NCBI RefSeq assembly: GCF_044324875.1
Contig: NZ_CP172185.1
Source: Escherichia coli
GTDB taxonomy: Bacteria; Pseudomonadota; Gammaproteobacteria; Enterobacterales; Enterobacteriaceae
Strand: one strand, 5' to 3'
Length of the DNA: 64,000 bases
The translations under genes were made by a program, and so were the position numbers. Positions 42,139 to 54,038 of this stretch are shown here, piece after piece (position 1 is the first letter of the stretch; every line of letters begins with the position of its first letter). The notes beneath the pieces were generated by a model. That model was not told the origin of the DNA. It did not search any database and saw only the letters and a list, made by a program, of their open reading frames with translations.

Positions 42139-42888
42139 TTAAATGTCAACGACGTGAACGGTGAGTTTACTGTGCTCAAGATGCATCAGATCGCTGGCGC
42201 GTATTTTCGAATCGGTAATCACGCGATTGAATCGCTCAACGGGACCGATGGAGTATGAATGTACAGCACCAAATTTCGAGCTGTCAGTCAGGACTATCGC
42301 TTCGCACTCTTTTTCCAGCACGGCATTGACCACATCGGTACGCATCATATCGCGACCGGTGAATCCAGTTTCAGGTTGCCAACCATCAATACCAATAAAT
42401 GCTTTGCTGAAATGCACCTGTTGGATGCACTGGCGTGTCAAAGGGCCAACCATACTTTCGCTTTTTTTCTGGTACACGCCACCGAGCAAAATAACTTCAC
42501 AAGGCGCGTCTTTCAGCAAATGCGCGATGTAGCTGCTGACCGTGATGATCGTGACATTTTTCTTCTGCTCGCCCAGAGTCCGGGCGAGCAGGGCATTGCT
42601 GCTGCCATTTTCGATAAAGATGGTTTCGCCCGGTTGAACCAGTGACGCGGCAAACTCGGCGAGTTCACGCTTCAGCGTATAGTTGCTCATCATACGAGTT
42701 TCGACGTCATCACTATCAAGCGATACTGCAAAGCCATGTGCACGGCGGAGGTAACTCAGTTTTTCGAGGGTGTTGAGATCCTGGCGAATGGTAACTTCAG
42801 AAACTCCAGTGGCTTTTGCCAGATCGGTTACGCTAACCTGACCCTGGTCAATGACCATCTGTAGAATAGTTTGTTGTCGGGAATTCAT
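42139..42888 (-). CDS. yciT: DeoR-family transcriptional regulator YciT
   Basis: 249 aa; N-terminal HTH, C-terminal sugar-phosphate-binding domain. Confidence 0.9.
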   Translation of the reverse strand: MNSRQQTILQMVIDQGQVSVTDLAKATGVSEVTIRQDLNTLEKLSYLRRAHGFAVSLDSDDVETRMMSNYTLKRELAEFAASLVQPGETIFIENGSSNALLARTLGEQKKNVTIITVSSYIAHLLKDAPCEVILLGGVYQKKSESMVGPLTRQCIQQVHFSKAFIGIDGWQPETGFTGRDMMRTDVVNAVLEKECEAIVLTDSSKFGAVHSYSIGPVERFNRVITDSKIRASDLMHLEHSKLTVHVVDI

Positions 42889-42977
42889 CGCTGTAATTCT
42901 TATAACGTTATAATACTAAATAAAAAAATACTGACGCGCCGGGCATCCTCAAATAGGAAAACCTGAAGGCACGATTG

Positions 42978-43151
42978 TTAAATCTCCCACGGTGCCTTCG
43001 GGATGTCTGGCGTAGATTCAGCAACCTGGCGCAAGAGTTCTGCTTTAAGTATCTCGAGATTATGGATCGCAGAGTGGTAATCGCCTGCCACAAGGATATC
43101 TAACACAATATCAATACGTTCGGCAACGCGCTGGGCATCAAATTCAGACAT
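42978..43151 (-). CDS. yciZ: UPF0509 small protein YciZ
   Basis: 57 aa from internal ATG ([16 protein letters not shown]...). Confidence 0.8.
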
Positions 43152-43297
43152 CAAGGACATCCTTATAGCAAAAGGGGAAAATGAATAATGCAAAAATTGC
43201 CGCTAAAAGAGAAGTGTTTAACAGCAACGGCTAATTATCATCCGGGAATACGATATATAATTACGGAATATAGCGCTAAGTATATATATTCATCTAC

Positions 43298-45283
43298 TTA
43301 TGCGCGCTTCAGATAGCGTTTATACCAACGTTCGAAGGCGACGGCGGGCATCGGTTTGGCAAACAAAAATCCTTGCCGCTCATTGATCCCGTTCTTGGTT
43401 AAAAAAGCATCTTCCTTTTTACTCTCCACTCCTTCAGCGATCACCTGAAGATTCAATGCCTGGGCCACAGCGACGATCGCCCGGACCAGCGACTGTGAGA
43501 CAGGTTGTTTGTGAATATCTCGAACAAAAACCTGGTCAAGTTTAATCGCATCGATCGGAAAGCGCGCCAGTTGCGAAAGTGAAGAGTAGCCGGTACCAAA
43601 ATCGTCCAGATGCACTTGCGCACCTAGTTGGCTAAATTGTTGAATAACAGAAAGTGCCAGTTCATCATTCTCAATCAGGCAGCTCTCCGTCAGTTCAACA
43701 TCAATAGGGCAGTATTCAAAATTGAGTTCCTGGAGAACCTGTTTCAGGGCGGTGAAAATGGTTTGATCGGCGAGCTGACGTGCAGAAATGTTTACCGCCA
43801 CTCGCAGGTTAATACCTTTATCCCGCCACTTTGCCACCTGGCGTACGACATCGAGAATCACCCAACGGCCTAAAGGCACAATTAGCCCTGACTCTTCGGC
43901 GTAGGAAATGAAGTCCAACGGTGGAATCAACCCACGTTCAGGTGACTGCCAACGTACTAGTGCTTCCAGACTGCGCACTTCGCCACGCCAGGTGATTTTC
44001 GGTTGATAGTGAATAACCAACTGATCGTTTTCCAGTGCTTTACGCAAGTTGGTATCCAGCCAGAGATATTCAAATACCCGCTGATTCATTTCTGGAGTAA
44101 AAACGCAAAATTGTCCTCGTCCGCCTTCCTTCGCTGTGTACATTGCTGTGTCGGCGTGACGAATAATAGCCGCGCTGTCCGAACCATGTTCGGGAGAGAG
44201 TGAAATACCCACTGAACAGCTGGTATAAACTTCAATTAAACCAATGCGGAAGGGGAGTCGTAAGCGAGTCAAAATTCGTGATGCCATTGCTTCCAGCGCG
44301 CTTTGTGAGGTATTGGATGCCAGTACCAGAAACTCATCGCCACCTGGACGCGCCAACACCTGATCATGTTCGAGACAGCTTAAAATGGCCAATGACACGT
44401 CGCGTAATAGCTGGTCACCAAACAAATGCCCATAAGCGTCGTTGACCTTTTTAAAATTATCCAAATCAAGATACACAACCCCAACTTTATTGTTATCTGC
44501 CTGATTAATGGCGTGATCGATTAACTCCTGCATTGCGTTACGATTCGGCAGTCCGGTGATACTGTCGGTATTTGCCAGAATACGCAGTCGCTCCTGAGCG
44601 CGGCGCTCTTCGGTAATGTCGGTGCCGGAACAGATTAAAAAAATCTCGTTCTTGCCACTGCCGCTGTGGACAAATTTATTGCGAAACAGAAACAGCCGCT
44701 GGCCTTTACGTGTTGGTATCCACAGTTCGACTTCATATGAATTGCCGCTTCGAAAAAATACACGGTTATTGCGCCTGGATGCCGCAGCTTCACGACGGCT
44801 CATAAACAGTTTAAACACGCTTTGCCCAATGACGTCATGTTCTTTCAACCCTGTGTAATCTTCACATAACCGATTGAAGCGTTGGATATTCCCCCGGCTG
44901 TCGAGAATCACTATTGCGGAATGTGCTTCAGAAACTACCTGCTCAGCAAAGGAAAGCCCGTGTGATAAATCACGAGCAACTGCTGGTGTGTCATGCCATG
45001 CAGACGCGTTGCCAGCCCATTCCCGTTTATTGATTTTTCGTCCTACCAGATGCACAGAAAGATCACTTTCATCGACGGTCAGACTCATCATCAGGCTGGA
45101 GGTGATGACCGTCATTTCCCTGATGCGAGCAGCCTGTTCGGCAGATAACTGCAACGTACGTTCAGGTTCTGTGGTTTCGGTGGTAGAAAAGCGCAAAACA
45201 TCGCTGCTTTCCGTTAACCGCCAGTATGGATTGTGCGATCCGAGAAAGTTGTACAACGTTGTGGACTCCCTAACGGTTTTCAT
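43298..45283 (-). CDS. pdeR: c-di-GMP phosphodiesterase PdeR (Gmr/YciR), PAS-GGDEF-EAL
   Basis: 661 aa; GGDEF motif (RPGGDEFLV) and EAL motif (EALVRW) read in translation. Confidence 0.95.
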   Translation of the reverse strand: MKTVRESTTLYNFLGSHNPYWRLTESSDVLRFSTTETTEPERTLQLSAEQAARIREMTVITSSLMMSLTVDESDLSVHLVGRKINKREWAGNASAWHDTPAVARDLSHGLSFAEQVVSEAHSAIVILDSRGNIQRFNRLCEDYTGLKEHDVIGQSVFKLFMSRREAAASRRNNRVFFRSGNSYEVELWIPTRKGQRLFLFRNKFVHSGSGKNEIFLICSGTDITEERRAQERLRILANTDSITGLPNRNAMQELIDHAINQADNNKVGVVYLDLDNFKKVNDAYGHLFGDQLLRDVSLAILSCLEHDQVLARPGGDEFLVLASNTSQSALEAMASRILTRLRLPFRIGLIEVYTSCSVGISLSPEHGSDSAAIIRHADTAMYTAKEGGRGQFCVFTPEMNQRVFEYLWLDTNLRKALENDQLVIHYQPKITWRGEVRSLEALVRWQSPERGLIPPLDFISYAEESGLIVPLGRWVILDVVRQVAKWRDKGINLRVAVNISARQLADQTIFTALKQVLQELNFEYCPIDVELTESCLIENDELALSVIQQFSQLGAQVHLDDFGTGYSSLSQLARFPIDAIKLDQVFVRDIHKQPVSQSLVRAIVAVAQALNLQVIAEGVESKKEDAFLTKNGINERQGFLFAKPMPAVAFERWYKRYLKRA

Positions 45284-45517
45284 GATGCATATCCTCCGGT
45301 TAACAGCGGAGTCCGCGGTTAAATAAAAGGAACAACATGACTTACATGAAATTAACGGCGGCTAAACGCATTGTTTTTTTTATATATTTATTTGTAATCC
45401 AGTTTTGGAAAAACGCCAGTTTTCAAACGAAAGTCAGTTAAAAATCTGCCGGGATATGACGAAGGTGGAGCGGGGAAATAAACGGCCCATTCATGAGGAA
45501 TGGGCCGTGAAAGGAGA

Positions 45518-47452
45518 TTACGCGACCGGGCGCGCAATAATGCTGCGGGTTTCCATGCGGACTTCGGCAATGGTGACGTCAATAACGTCAGTCACTTTGT
45601 AAGCCGTTTCACCTTTAATTTGTACAGTGCCGTTTTCCTGGCTGCAAACCAGTTCATCGCGCACAGCGTGTAAGAAAGGTGCCGGAATAAAGGCAATAGC
45701 GCCGTTATCAACCAAACGCACACGCATGCCGCCACGGCTGATATCGACAATTTCCGCCGCGAAACGGGTGTCAGTCCCGGCTTTGTCTTTCAGGAAGCGT
45801 GCGTATAACCAGTCGCCAACATCACGTTCTGCCATTCGGTTGAGACGGCGACGCTCGGCCATTTGGACAGTGATTTCATCCTGCGGACGCGTCGCAGTTT
45901 CGCCTTTGATAACCGCTTTCAGCAGACGGTGGTTGATCATGTCGCCATATTTACGGATCGGCGAAGTCCAGGTGGCGTATGCCTCCAGACCGAGGCCAAA
46001 GTGAGGACCGGGTTCAGTGCTAATTTCAGCAAATGACTGGAAGCGACGAATGCGGCTGTCGAGGAAACCAGTTGGTTGCGCATCCAGTTCACGACGCAGT
46101 TTGCAGAAACCGTCCAGCGTGAGCACTTCTTCGGCATCGACATGCAGACCGTGGGTTTTCAGCAACGCTGCCAGCGCGTCGGCATTCGCCGGATCAAAGC
46201 CCATATGCACGTTATAGATGCCAAAACCGAGCTTATCGCGCAGTACGCGGGCCGCACAAATGTTAGCGGCAATCATCGCTTCTTCGACGATACGATTGGC
46301 AATGCGACGAGGCTCGGCGACGATATCCAGCACTTCACCTTTTTCACCGAGAATAAAGCGGTAATCCGGGCGATCTTTAAATACCAGTGCGTGGTTATGA
46401 CGCCACTCGCCGCGGCGTTGGCAAATTTGCGCTAACAAACGGACTTGTTCGGCAATTGCTTCACTTTCAGGCTGCCAGTCACCGGTATTTTCCAGCCAGT
46501 CAGAGACCTGGTCATACACCAGCTTCGCTTTGGATTCGATGGTGGCGGCAAAGAATTCGATATTATCTTCAATGGTGCCATCAGCGGAGAGCGTCATGCG
46601 GCATGCCAGTACCGGGCGGACTTCATTGGCGCGCAGTGAGCAGAGATCGTCAGAAAGCTCGCGAGGCAGCATAGGGATGTTGAAGCCAGGCAGATAGTTG
46701 GTGAATGCGCGAATTTTCGCGGCTTTGTCCAGCTTGCTGCCTTCAGCAATCCACGCGGTTGGATCGGCAATCGCCACAATCAGCTGAAGTTTGTCATCCG
46801 GCAACGCCTTAGCGAAAAGGGCGTCATCCATATCTTCTGTGCTGGCACTGTCGATGGTGACAAAATCCAGCGCGGTCAGATCTTCACGAACCAGACCTTC
46901 ATCGAGCATTTCGGTAGCGACGCCGTCTGGTGCTTCTTTTTCCAGATTATGGCGCGCAAGGGTAACCCACCACGGTACAAAGTGATCGTCACCAAAAGTG
47001 ATGTATTGTGTCAGTTCAGCATAGAAAGAACGATCGCCTTTCAGCGGATGACGGCGCATTTCGGCAACCGCCCAGTCGCCTTCTTTAAACTCGTGGTTCA
47101 GGCCACGGGCTGCGCGGCAAGGAATGGCGTCTTTTAAGAGTGGATGATCAGGAACGATGGCCAGACGGTCATTTTTGCCCTGAACTTTACCCACGAAACG
47201 AGTCAGAAACGGTTCAACCAGTTCTTCTGGCTCTGCGGATTCACGTTCTTTTTCACTGTGGATAACCGCGATAATTCGGTCGCCATGCATGACTTTTTTC
47301 ATCTGCGGCGGCGGAATGAAATAACTTTTTTGCGCGTCGACTTCCAGGAAGCCAAAGCCTTTTTCTGTGGCTTTTACCACCCCTTCAGCGCGTGGCGTCT
47401 GGGAATGCAGTTGCTGTTTAAGCTGCGCTAGCAGCGGGTTGTCCTGAAACAT
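45518..47452 (-). CDS. rnb: exoribonuclease II
   Basis: 644 aa; RNB catalytic domain with C-terminal S1 domain. Confidence 0.96.
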   Translation of the reverse strand: MFQDNPLLAQLKQQLHSQTPRAEGVVKATEKGFGFLEVDAQKSYFIPPPQMKKVMHGDRIIAVIHSEKERESAEPEELVEPFLTRFVGKVQGKNDRLAIVPDHPLLKDAIPCRAARGLNHEFKEGDWAVAEMRRHPLKGDRSFYAELTQYITFGDDHFVPWWVTLARHNLEKEAPDGVATEMLDEGLVREDLTALDFVTIDSASTEDMDDALFAKALPDDKLQLIVAIADPTAWIAEGSKLDKAAKIRAFTNYLPGFNIPMLPRELSDDLCSLRANEVRPVLACRMTLSADGTIEDNIEFFAATIESKAKLVYDQVSDWLENTGDWQPESEAIAEQVRLLAQICQRRGEWRHNHALVFKDRPDYRFILGEKGEVLDIVAEPRRIANRIVEEAMIAANICAARVLRDKLGFGIYNVHMGFDPANADALAALLKTHGLHVDAEEVLTLDGFCKLRRELDAQPTGFLDSRIRRFQSFAEISTEPGPHFGLGLEAYATWTSPIRKYGDMINHRLLKAVIKGETATRPQDEITVQMAERRRLNRMAERDVGDWLYARFLKDKAGTDTRFAAEIVDISRGGMRVRLVDNGAIAFIPAPFLHAVRDELVCSQENGTVQIKGETAYKVTDVIDVTIAEVRMETRSIIARPVA

Positions 47453-47519
47453 AATTGTCTATTTTGGTGGCCATTAGAGCGGCTGACAGTTTTACGCGAA
47501 TCTGTCTGACGCGGCAAGG

Positions 47520-48647
47520 TTAATATGTCTCACCCAACGCGATTTTTAAGCGATTTATCCAGCCACACAGCCCGCTCCATACCAGCAGATTAATAATCTG
47601 CGTTGATGATTTTTCGTGTTCGAGTAATGGGCTGAACTGGGCGGCGCTAAAGCGATCGGGTGCTCGGGTCAGCCATTGTATCGCCTGAACGGTAGCGCGC
47701 TCAACAGAATGACGGTCAGCCCATTGGTTAATTTCATTTTCGCCCTTGCGCAGAAGGGCGCTGATTTTTTTATATTCATTTGATGAATCCATACAGATGG
47801 CAAAACAAGCAGGACTGCCATTTATCCGCGCGCATAACAACGCCGCAAGCTGATTATCCGGCTGTGTATTGACCCGTGTGCTGTTTAGCAACTTTTCGAG
47901 AAGGGAAAGTGAAATAGGGTGGAGAGAGAGTGTTTCGGCCAGTTGGCAAAGTTCTGCAGTTGAACTTTTTGTGTGCTCTTCAGGTAGTTTTTCCACCTCA
48001 TAGCTGCTTCGCCAGCGTATTGACTCATCAGCAAACAGTGACGCGTCGGCATAGTTTTGTATCTCCAGACCGGGTAACCAGCGTACCGGATGCCCGAGAT
48101 AAGCCTGAAATGTCGCAATGGTCCGCGCCTGAAAGCCAATAAAACCAATGATTTGATTAATGATCACACAGTCCCAGACAGTAAGACCGACGTCATTCAG
48201 ATGCTGGCGCGATCGGTTGTCGATAATAGAAGGCGAGCTAGCCAGTTGGCGGGCATATTGCGTGATTTGTGCTAACCGATGATTACTTTCCCTGGAGGAA
48301 TCAGGCCCGGGGAGCGGCGTAAGTCGCGCCGAATAGTAGTTACATAACCGCTGGACGCCGCAAACCTGAGCAACCGTCAGGGCCGTCGACAAGCGTTCAT
48401 AAGCGGTGAAGGTCTGTGAACGGGTCACGGTAAGCTGGTCAGGGAACAACTCCACTGCAAGAACGCGCGCAGGGACCAGCCATGAAAGGAAGGGTGACAG
48501 CGTTTCTTCATCAAGGATCACGTCGAGCAGAAAGGGATCGCTGACCTTTGCGGCTTCCGGGACCAGAGGCAGAACGTCATATTCCGCAGTACTGGATTGC
48601 GTTTCATGATACCAGTGGCTTTTGCCGGTGATGTGGCGTTGTTCCAT
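47520..48647 (-). CDS. yciW: CMD/AhpD-like protein YciW
   Basis: 375 aa from ATG at 48647 with AGGAG SD; ORF continues upstream to 48725 as an alternative start. Confidence 0.85.
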   Translation of the reverse strand: MEQRHITGKSHWYHETQSSTAEYDVLPLVPEAAKVSDPFLLDVILDEETLSPFLSWLVPARVLAVELFPDQLTVTRSQTFTAYERLSTALTVAQVCGVQRLCNYYSARLTPLPGPDSSRESNHRLAQITQYARQLASSPSIIDNRSRQHLNDVGLTVWDCVIINQIIGFIGFQARTIATFQAYLGHPVRWLPGLEIQNYADASLFADESIRWRSSYEVEKLPEEHTKSSTAELCQLAETLSLHPISLSLLEKLLNSTRVNTQPDNQLAALLCARINGSPACFAICMDSSNEYKKISALLRKGENEINQWADRHSVERATVQAIQWLTRAPDRFSAAQFSPLLEHEKSSTQIINLLVWSGLCGWINRLKIALGETY

Positions 48648-48790
48648 GGGCGCTCCTTGGTCGTAAAGGAAATCGTTATCCTGACGCAAGGCGGGAAGGG
48701 GAGAAAGACGGATCGGCGATAACAAATATCAGAAAGGTATAACAGAGATAACGGGCGGCAGAACGCCGCCCGTCTTGACCAACAGAACGA

Positions 48791-49579
48791 TTATTTCAGT
48801 TCGAGTTCGTTCATTGCAGCGATGCTGAAACCGCCGTCAACGTGGACCACTTCACCGGAGATACCGGCAGAGAGATCGGAGCACAGGAATGCCGCAGAGT
48901 TACCCACATCTTCAATGGTAACGGTACGGCGAATCGGGGTAACGGCTTCGCAATGAGCCAGCATTTTGCGGAAGTCTTTGATACCGGAAGCCGCCAGAGT
49001 ACGGATCGGACCCGCAGAGATGGCGTTAACACGCACACCTTCCGGACCCATCGCGTTCGCCATATAGCGCACGTTTGCTTCCAGAGACGCTTTTGCCAGA
49101 CCCATAACGTTGTAGTTCGGGATAGCGCGCTCAGCGCCAAGGTAGGAAAGGGTCAGCAGGGCAGAACCCGGATTCAGCATGGAGCGGCAAGCTTTTGCCA
49201 TTGCAACGAAGCTGTAGGAGCTGATGTCGTGAGCAATTTTGAAGCCTTCACGGGTAACGGCGTTAACATAGTCACCATCCAGCTGATCGCCAGGTGCAAA
49301 ACCAATAGAGTGTACGAAACCGTCAAATTTCGGCCAAACTTTCGCCAGTTCAGCGAACATGGTGTCGATGCTGGCATCTTCGGCAACATCGCACTGCAGA
49401 ACGATGTCAGAACCCAATTGAGCGGCAAATTCTTCTACGCGGCCTTTCAGTTTGTCGTTCTGGTAGGTGAATGCCAGTTCAGCTCCTTCGCGGTGCATCG
49501 CCTGAGCGATACCGTAGGCGATGGACAGTTTGCTGGCAACACCGGTTACCAGAATGCGCTTACCGGAAAGAAAACCCAT
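48791..49579 (-). CDS. fabI: enoyl-[acyl-carrier-protein] reductase (NADH)
   Basis: 262 aa [26 protein letters not shown]... Confidence 0.97.
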   Translation of the reverse strand: MGFLSGKRILVTGVASKLSIAYGIAQAMHREGAELAFTYQNDKLKGRVEEFAAQLGSDIVLQCDVAEDASIDTMFAELAKVWPKFDGFVHSIGFAPGDQLDGDYVNAVTREGFKIAHDISSYSFVAMAKACRSMLNPGSALLTLSYLGAERAIPNYNVMGLAKASLEANVRYMANAMGPEGVRVNAISAGPIRTLAASGIKDFRKMLAHCEAVTPIRRTVTIEDVGNSAAFLCSDLSAGISGEVVHVDGGFSIAAMNELELK

Positions 49580-49743
49580 AGCTTTAATCCTTATTGTTGA
49601 TGCTTGTTGTGCCTGAAAATCAGGCGATTCGTCGTTTTAGTAAACAGTACGAACAGATAAACGGTTATTATAATCAACCTGGCTGTGGGTGGCTATAGTT
49701 GCCAGGTCCGACCGGAGCAGGGTGCGGGCAGGGTGGGCGCTTT

Positions 49744-50000
49744 TCCCCTCACCCTAACCCTCTCCCCAGAGGGGCGAGGGGACCGTATTGTGCAAATATT
49801 GTCACCCCAGCAACAAACAGGCTTATACAGCCCCCTAACCCTTTCAGGGCGATGGCTGGGGTGAGAGTGAATGGTGGTTCAGACCTTGCCGAATATTCTT
49901 CATCATCCGCCTCCATGTTTTCACCACAACAGCTATTCGGCTCGGTCGGCCCCCTCGCCCTTTCAGGGAGAGGGTTGGGGTGAGGGTGACAGGCGGTTCA
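49744..50000. repeat. cluster of three GC-rich imperfect-palindrome repeat units (copies at ~49744-49785, ~49831-49882, ~49950-50000)
   Basis: Shared core CCCCCT(a/c)(a/g)CCCTTTCAGGG(c/a)GA(t/g)GG(c/t)TGGGGTGAG(a/g)GTGA; copy 1 inverted relative to copies 2-3; each self-complementary. Confidence 0.75.
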
Positions 50001-50325
50001 GTTCCTGCAGAATAATCTCCAGCACCGCCTCCTCATTACAATCAATCTCGTTATTCCAGAAACGCAGCACGGTCCAGCCCTGCGACTCAAGCCAGCTAGT
50101 GCGCCTGGAATCATAGGCAACTGCCAAATCATGCTGCCCACCATCCAGCTCAACTACTACACGCGCCGAGCAGCAAGCAAAATCGAGAATGTAGCTCCCC
50201 ACCGGATGTTGACGGCGAAATTTGAAATCACCAAAACGTCGGCTGCGAAGATATCGCCAGAGCTTTCGTTCCTGCGAAGTGAGATTGCGTCTTAAATCAC
50301 GCGCATTTGATTTTATTTTATCCAT
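49963..50325 (-). CDS. ycjD: DUF559 (Vsr-like endonuclease fold) protein YcjD
   Basis: 120 aa from second ATG (MDKIKSNARDL...); 3' end of ORF runs into GC-rich repeat copy 3. Confidence 0.8.
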   Translation of the reverse strand: MDKIKSNARDLRRNLTSQERKLWRYLRSRRFGDFKFRRQHPVGSYILDFACCSARVVVELDGGQHDLAVAYDSRRTSWLESQGWTVLRFWNNEIDCNEEAVLEIILQELNRLSPSPQPSP

Positions 50326-50395
50326 CACCTCATTCTGACAAGATTTAATCTCTTGTCAGAATGAGGTGAATAATCTGGAAGGAGGATTCAGAAAA

Positions 50396-51202
50396 TTAAC
50401 GATCTTTACGCCACGCATCCGCCGTCAATGCCTCGCCAAAATGACCGGCAATAAGCCGTTTGGTGAGTTCATGCAGCGGCGATGCCAGCACATCGGCGGT
50501 GCTGCCTCGCTCGACAACCTCGCCCTGATGCATCACCAGCACCTGGTCGCTAATATGCTTCATCATTCCGATATGCTGGGTGACATAAATATACGAAATG
50601 CCCTGTTTTTCCTGTAACTCCAGCATCAGATTAATCAACTGCGAACGCATCGACATATCCAGTGAGGCGAGGGCTTCATCGGCAATAATGACTTTTGGGC
50701 GCAATATCAGCGCGCGCGCCAGCCCCAGACGCTGTTTTTGCCCGGGTGCCAACATATGCGGATAGTAACTGACGTGATCCGGTAGCAGCCCAACCATACG
50801 CATCGTTTCAATAATCTGTTTGCGACGCTGTTCCGGTTCCAGATCGGTGTTCAGACGCAGTGGAAAATCCAGTATTTGCGAGATACGTTGACGGGGATTC
50901 AACGATGTCGAAGGATCCTGAAAAATCATGCGAATACGCTGACTACGGAAGGAATAATCGCCAAAATGCAGCGGATGATCGTCAATCAATAACTCGCCGC
51001 TGGTAGGTTCTATCATTCCCGCCAGCATTTTTGCCAGCGTGGATTTACCCGAACCATTCTCGCCAATAATCGCCAGTGTCTGGCCTTCACGTAGCGTAAA
51101 GCTCAAGGGTTTTACCGCTTCTACGGTCTGACGACGAAACCAACCGGTCCGGTAGCGGAACGTTTTACTTAAATTACGCACTTCAAGCAGCGTTTCGATC
51201 AT
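50396..51202 (-). CDS. sapF: peptide/putrescine ABC transporter ATP-binding protein SapF
   Basis: 268 aa; Walker A GENGSGKS, signature LAPGQKQR. Confidence 0.95.
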   Translation of the reverse strand: MIETLLEVRNLSKTFRYRTGWFRRQTVEAVKPLSFTLREGQTLAIIGENGSGKSTLAKMLAGMIEPTSGELLIDDHPLHFGDYSFRSQRIRMIFQDPSTSLNPRQRISQILDFPLRLNTDLEPEQRRKQIIETMRMVGLLPDHVSYYPHMLAPGQKQRLGLARALILRPKVIIADEALASLDMSMRSQLINLMLELQEKQGISYIYVTQHIGMMKHISDQVLVMHQGEVVERGSTADVLASPLHELTKRLIAGHFGEALTADAWRKDR

Positions 51203-51203
51203 C

Positions 51204-52196
51204 TCACTCTTTCTCCATGTTCAGCGGGAAATGACAGGCATAGAGATGATTTTTCGCCCCCGTCAAACGTGGCGTCACAATGCATTCTCGTTGTGCATAC
51301 GGGCAACGCGGCCCCAGACGACACCCAATCGGTAACTGTTCCAGCAGTGGGATAGCGCCGGGCAGCGTATTGAGGCGACTTTTATGCGGCATCGCGCTGC
51401 CGAAGTCTGGTATCGCGCGGATCAGCGCCTGGGTATAAGGATGATGTGGCATCGTCACCAACTCCTTACTCGGCGCGGTTTCCACCGTTTGACCGCAGTA
51501 AAGCACGTTAATTTTATCCGCCCATTGGCTAAGCATTTGTAAGTCATGGCTGATAAGCAAAATAGTGGTATTGCTGTTTTGGTTGAGACGCGTCAGGAGG
51601 CGAAAGATTTGCGCCTGGGTTGTTGGCTCCATTGAGTTTGTCGGTTCGTCAGCAATCAGCAGACGCGGTTGATTCGCCAGTGCAATGGCTATCATCACTT
51701 TCTGACATTCACCTTCGGTCAACTCATAGGGAAAACTGCGCATCGCATCTTTGTGATCTTTAATCCCCACGCGGTGCAGCAGTTCAATGGCACGGCGTTT
51801 GCGCCAGCCAAAACGCTGCCACCAACGGCCTTTATAGGTCCAGGCTGGGATGTTTTGCATCAACTGGCGACCCACTCGTTCTGAAGGATCAAGACACGAC
51901 TGCGGTTCCTGGAAAATCATCGACACGTTGTGACCAACCAGCTTGCGCCGTTCGCGTGCGGAGAGACGCAGCAAATCGATATCATCAAAACGCATACGAT
52001 CAGCTGTAACACGCCAGTTATCTTTATTCACCCCACAAATTGCTTTCGCAATCAAACTTTTGCCGGAACCGGATTCGCCAACAAGACCGCGGATTTCACC
52101 TTCGGTTAAGGTCATACTTACGCGGTCGACGGCTTTAACCCACTCATCACCGGTTTTAAATTCAATGGTCAGGTTACGAATATCGAGTAATGGCAT
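51204..52196 (-). CDS. sapD: ABC transporter ATP-binding protein SapD
   Basis: 330 aa; Walker A GESGSGKS. Confidence 0.95.
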
Positions 52197-53086
52197 TATT
52201 CCACCCCCGCAATAATTGCACGACGGACACCGTCGCCAAGGAGGTTAACCAACAGCACGCTAATCATAATTGCCGCACCTGGCAGCATGACAGTCCACGG
52301 AGCGACATAAATCAGTTCCAGCGCATCACCGAGCATCGCTCCCCATTCAGGTGAGGGGAGTTGTGCGCCGAGATCGAGAAAGCCCAGCGCGGCGATATCG
52401 AGAATTGCCATCGACAGTGCGCGGGTGATCTCGGTGACCAGCCCGGCGGTGATGTTTGGCATCACAGCAAACCAGAGAATATTCAGCGTTGATGCGCCAT
52501 CCAGACGGGCGGCGATAACGTACTCTTTTTCCAGTTCGTCATGCACCATGCTGTAAATCGAACGTACCATACGAGGCAGCAGCGCCAGCCAGACGGCAAA
52601 CATGGCGTGAGACAAACTCGGCCCGGCAAACGCTACAACGATAATTGCCAGCAGTAGGGAAGGGATCGCCAGTAAGGTATCCAGAATATGGTTAAGCACC
52701 GCTGAGCGTAGGCCGTGCGTCGCCCCGGCGAAGGTGCCCAGTATCAGGCCGCAGATCGTCGCGGCAAGCGTCACCACAAATGCGCCGCCTACGGTTGGCG
52801 CAGCTCCGCTCAGTAAACGGCTTAAAACATCGCGTCCGAGGTCGTCAGTCCCAAGGAAGAAAGAAACTTCGCCATAGCGCGACCATGACGGCGGCAATAA
52901 TTGATAACCGAGAAATTGCTGATCGATGCCGTAAGGCGCAAACCAGCCGCCAAAAATACACAGTACAGCCAGCCCCGCGCAGCCGTACAGGCCGACCATC
53001 GCAGAGGCGTCACTATAAAATTTGCGCCAGGCGGTACGCAGCGTGCCCGGCGGGCGCTTTTCGCTGTATACGCTATCGTAAGGCAT
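52196..53086 (-). CDS. sapC: ABC transporter permease SapC
   Basis: 296-aa membrane ORF; 14-nt overlap with sapB. Confidence 0.93.
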
Positions 53087-54038
53087 ACCATTCCTTATGT
53101 TTCAGAGGGTTAGCCATGGCACCCAAAATATCAGAAATCACGTTAACAATAATGACCAGTGAGCCACACACCATCACTCCGGCGGAAATGGCTGCGTAAT
53201 CCTGCTGGCGGATAGCGTTAATTAACCAGCGCCCTAAACCCGGCCAGCTAAAAACCATTTCGGTGATCATCGCCAGCGTCAGCATGGTAGAAAACTGTAA
53301 GCCCAGGCGAGGAATAACCGGAGGTAACGCGTTATGCAGAACGTGGCGACGCAAAATAGTAAAGCGCGACAAACCGCGGGTCGCCGCTGCTTTAACATAG
53401 TTCTGGTCATACACTTCGATAGTGCTAATACGCATCAGTCGGATCACTTCAGTTGTTGGCGCAACCGACAGGGTGATCACGGGCAATATCATATGGCGGA
53501 TTGCGCTCATGACCATTTCATCCCGCCATGGTGAGTCCGAAAGCCAGGCATCAATCAACGCAAAACCGGTAATCGGTTTCACTTCGTAGAGCAGATCGAA
53601 ACGTCCTGAAACGGGCAACCAACCTAGCGTGAGTGAACAAAACAGCGTCAACAGAAGCGCCAGCCAGAACACCGGGATTGAAAAGCCCAGTAAGGCGATG
53701 GCGTTGATCAAGTTATCCTGCCACTTATGGCGCGTAATCCCGGCAATCATCCCCACGGGGATGCCAACAATCAGCGCAAAACCGAAGGCGAGGATGCACA
53801 GTTCCATCGTCGCCGGGAAGACCTCTTTTAACTGTTCGGCAATCGGTTGACCGTTAATGCTGGAAACACCAAAATCCCAGTGGATCAGGCCATTAAACCA
53901 GAACACCCAGGCATTCCACAGTGACGCGCCTTGTAACGGCGCATGTGGGGTGAAATAGCTCAAGCTGAAGCCAACAAAGGTCAGCAGGAACAAGGTGACA
54001 ATCAATAACAAAATGCGGCGTAAGGTGAAGATAATCAT
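53073..54038 (-). CDS. sapB: ABC transporter permease SapB
   Basis: 321-aa membrane ORF; 4-nt overlap with sapA. Confidence 0.93.
   Translation of the reverse strand: MIIFTLRRILLLIVTLFLLTFVGFSLSYFTPHAPLQGASLWNAWVFWFNGLIHWDFGVSSINGQPIAEQLKEVFPATMELCILAFGFALIVGIPVGMIAGITRHKWQDNLINAIALLGFSIPVFWLALLLTLFCSLTLGWLPVSGRFDLLYEVKPITGFALIDAWLSDSPWRDEMVMSAIRHMILPVITLSVAPTTEVIRLMRISTIEVYDQNYVKAAATRGLSRFTILRRHVLHNALPPVIPRLGLQFSTMLTLAMITEMVFSWPGLGRWLINAIRQQDYAAISAGVMVCGSLVIIVNVISDILGAMANPLKHKEWYALR

Noticed and set aside
49699-50116. ORFs 49699-49983 (94 aa) and 49871-50116 (81 aa)
   Set aside because: Pro/Gly/Ser-rich translations of the GC-rich palindromic repeats; typical spurious repeat ORFs.
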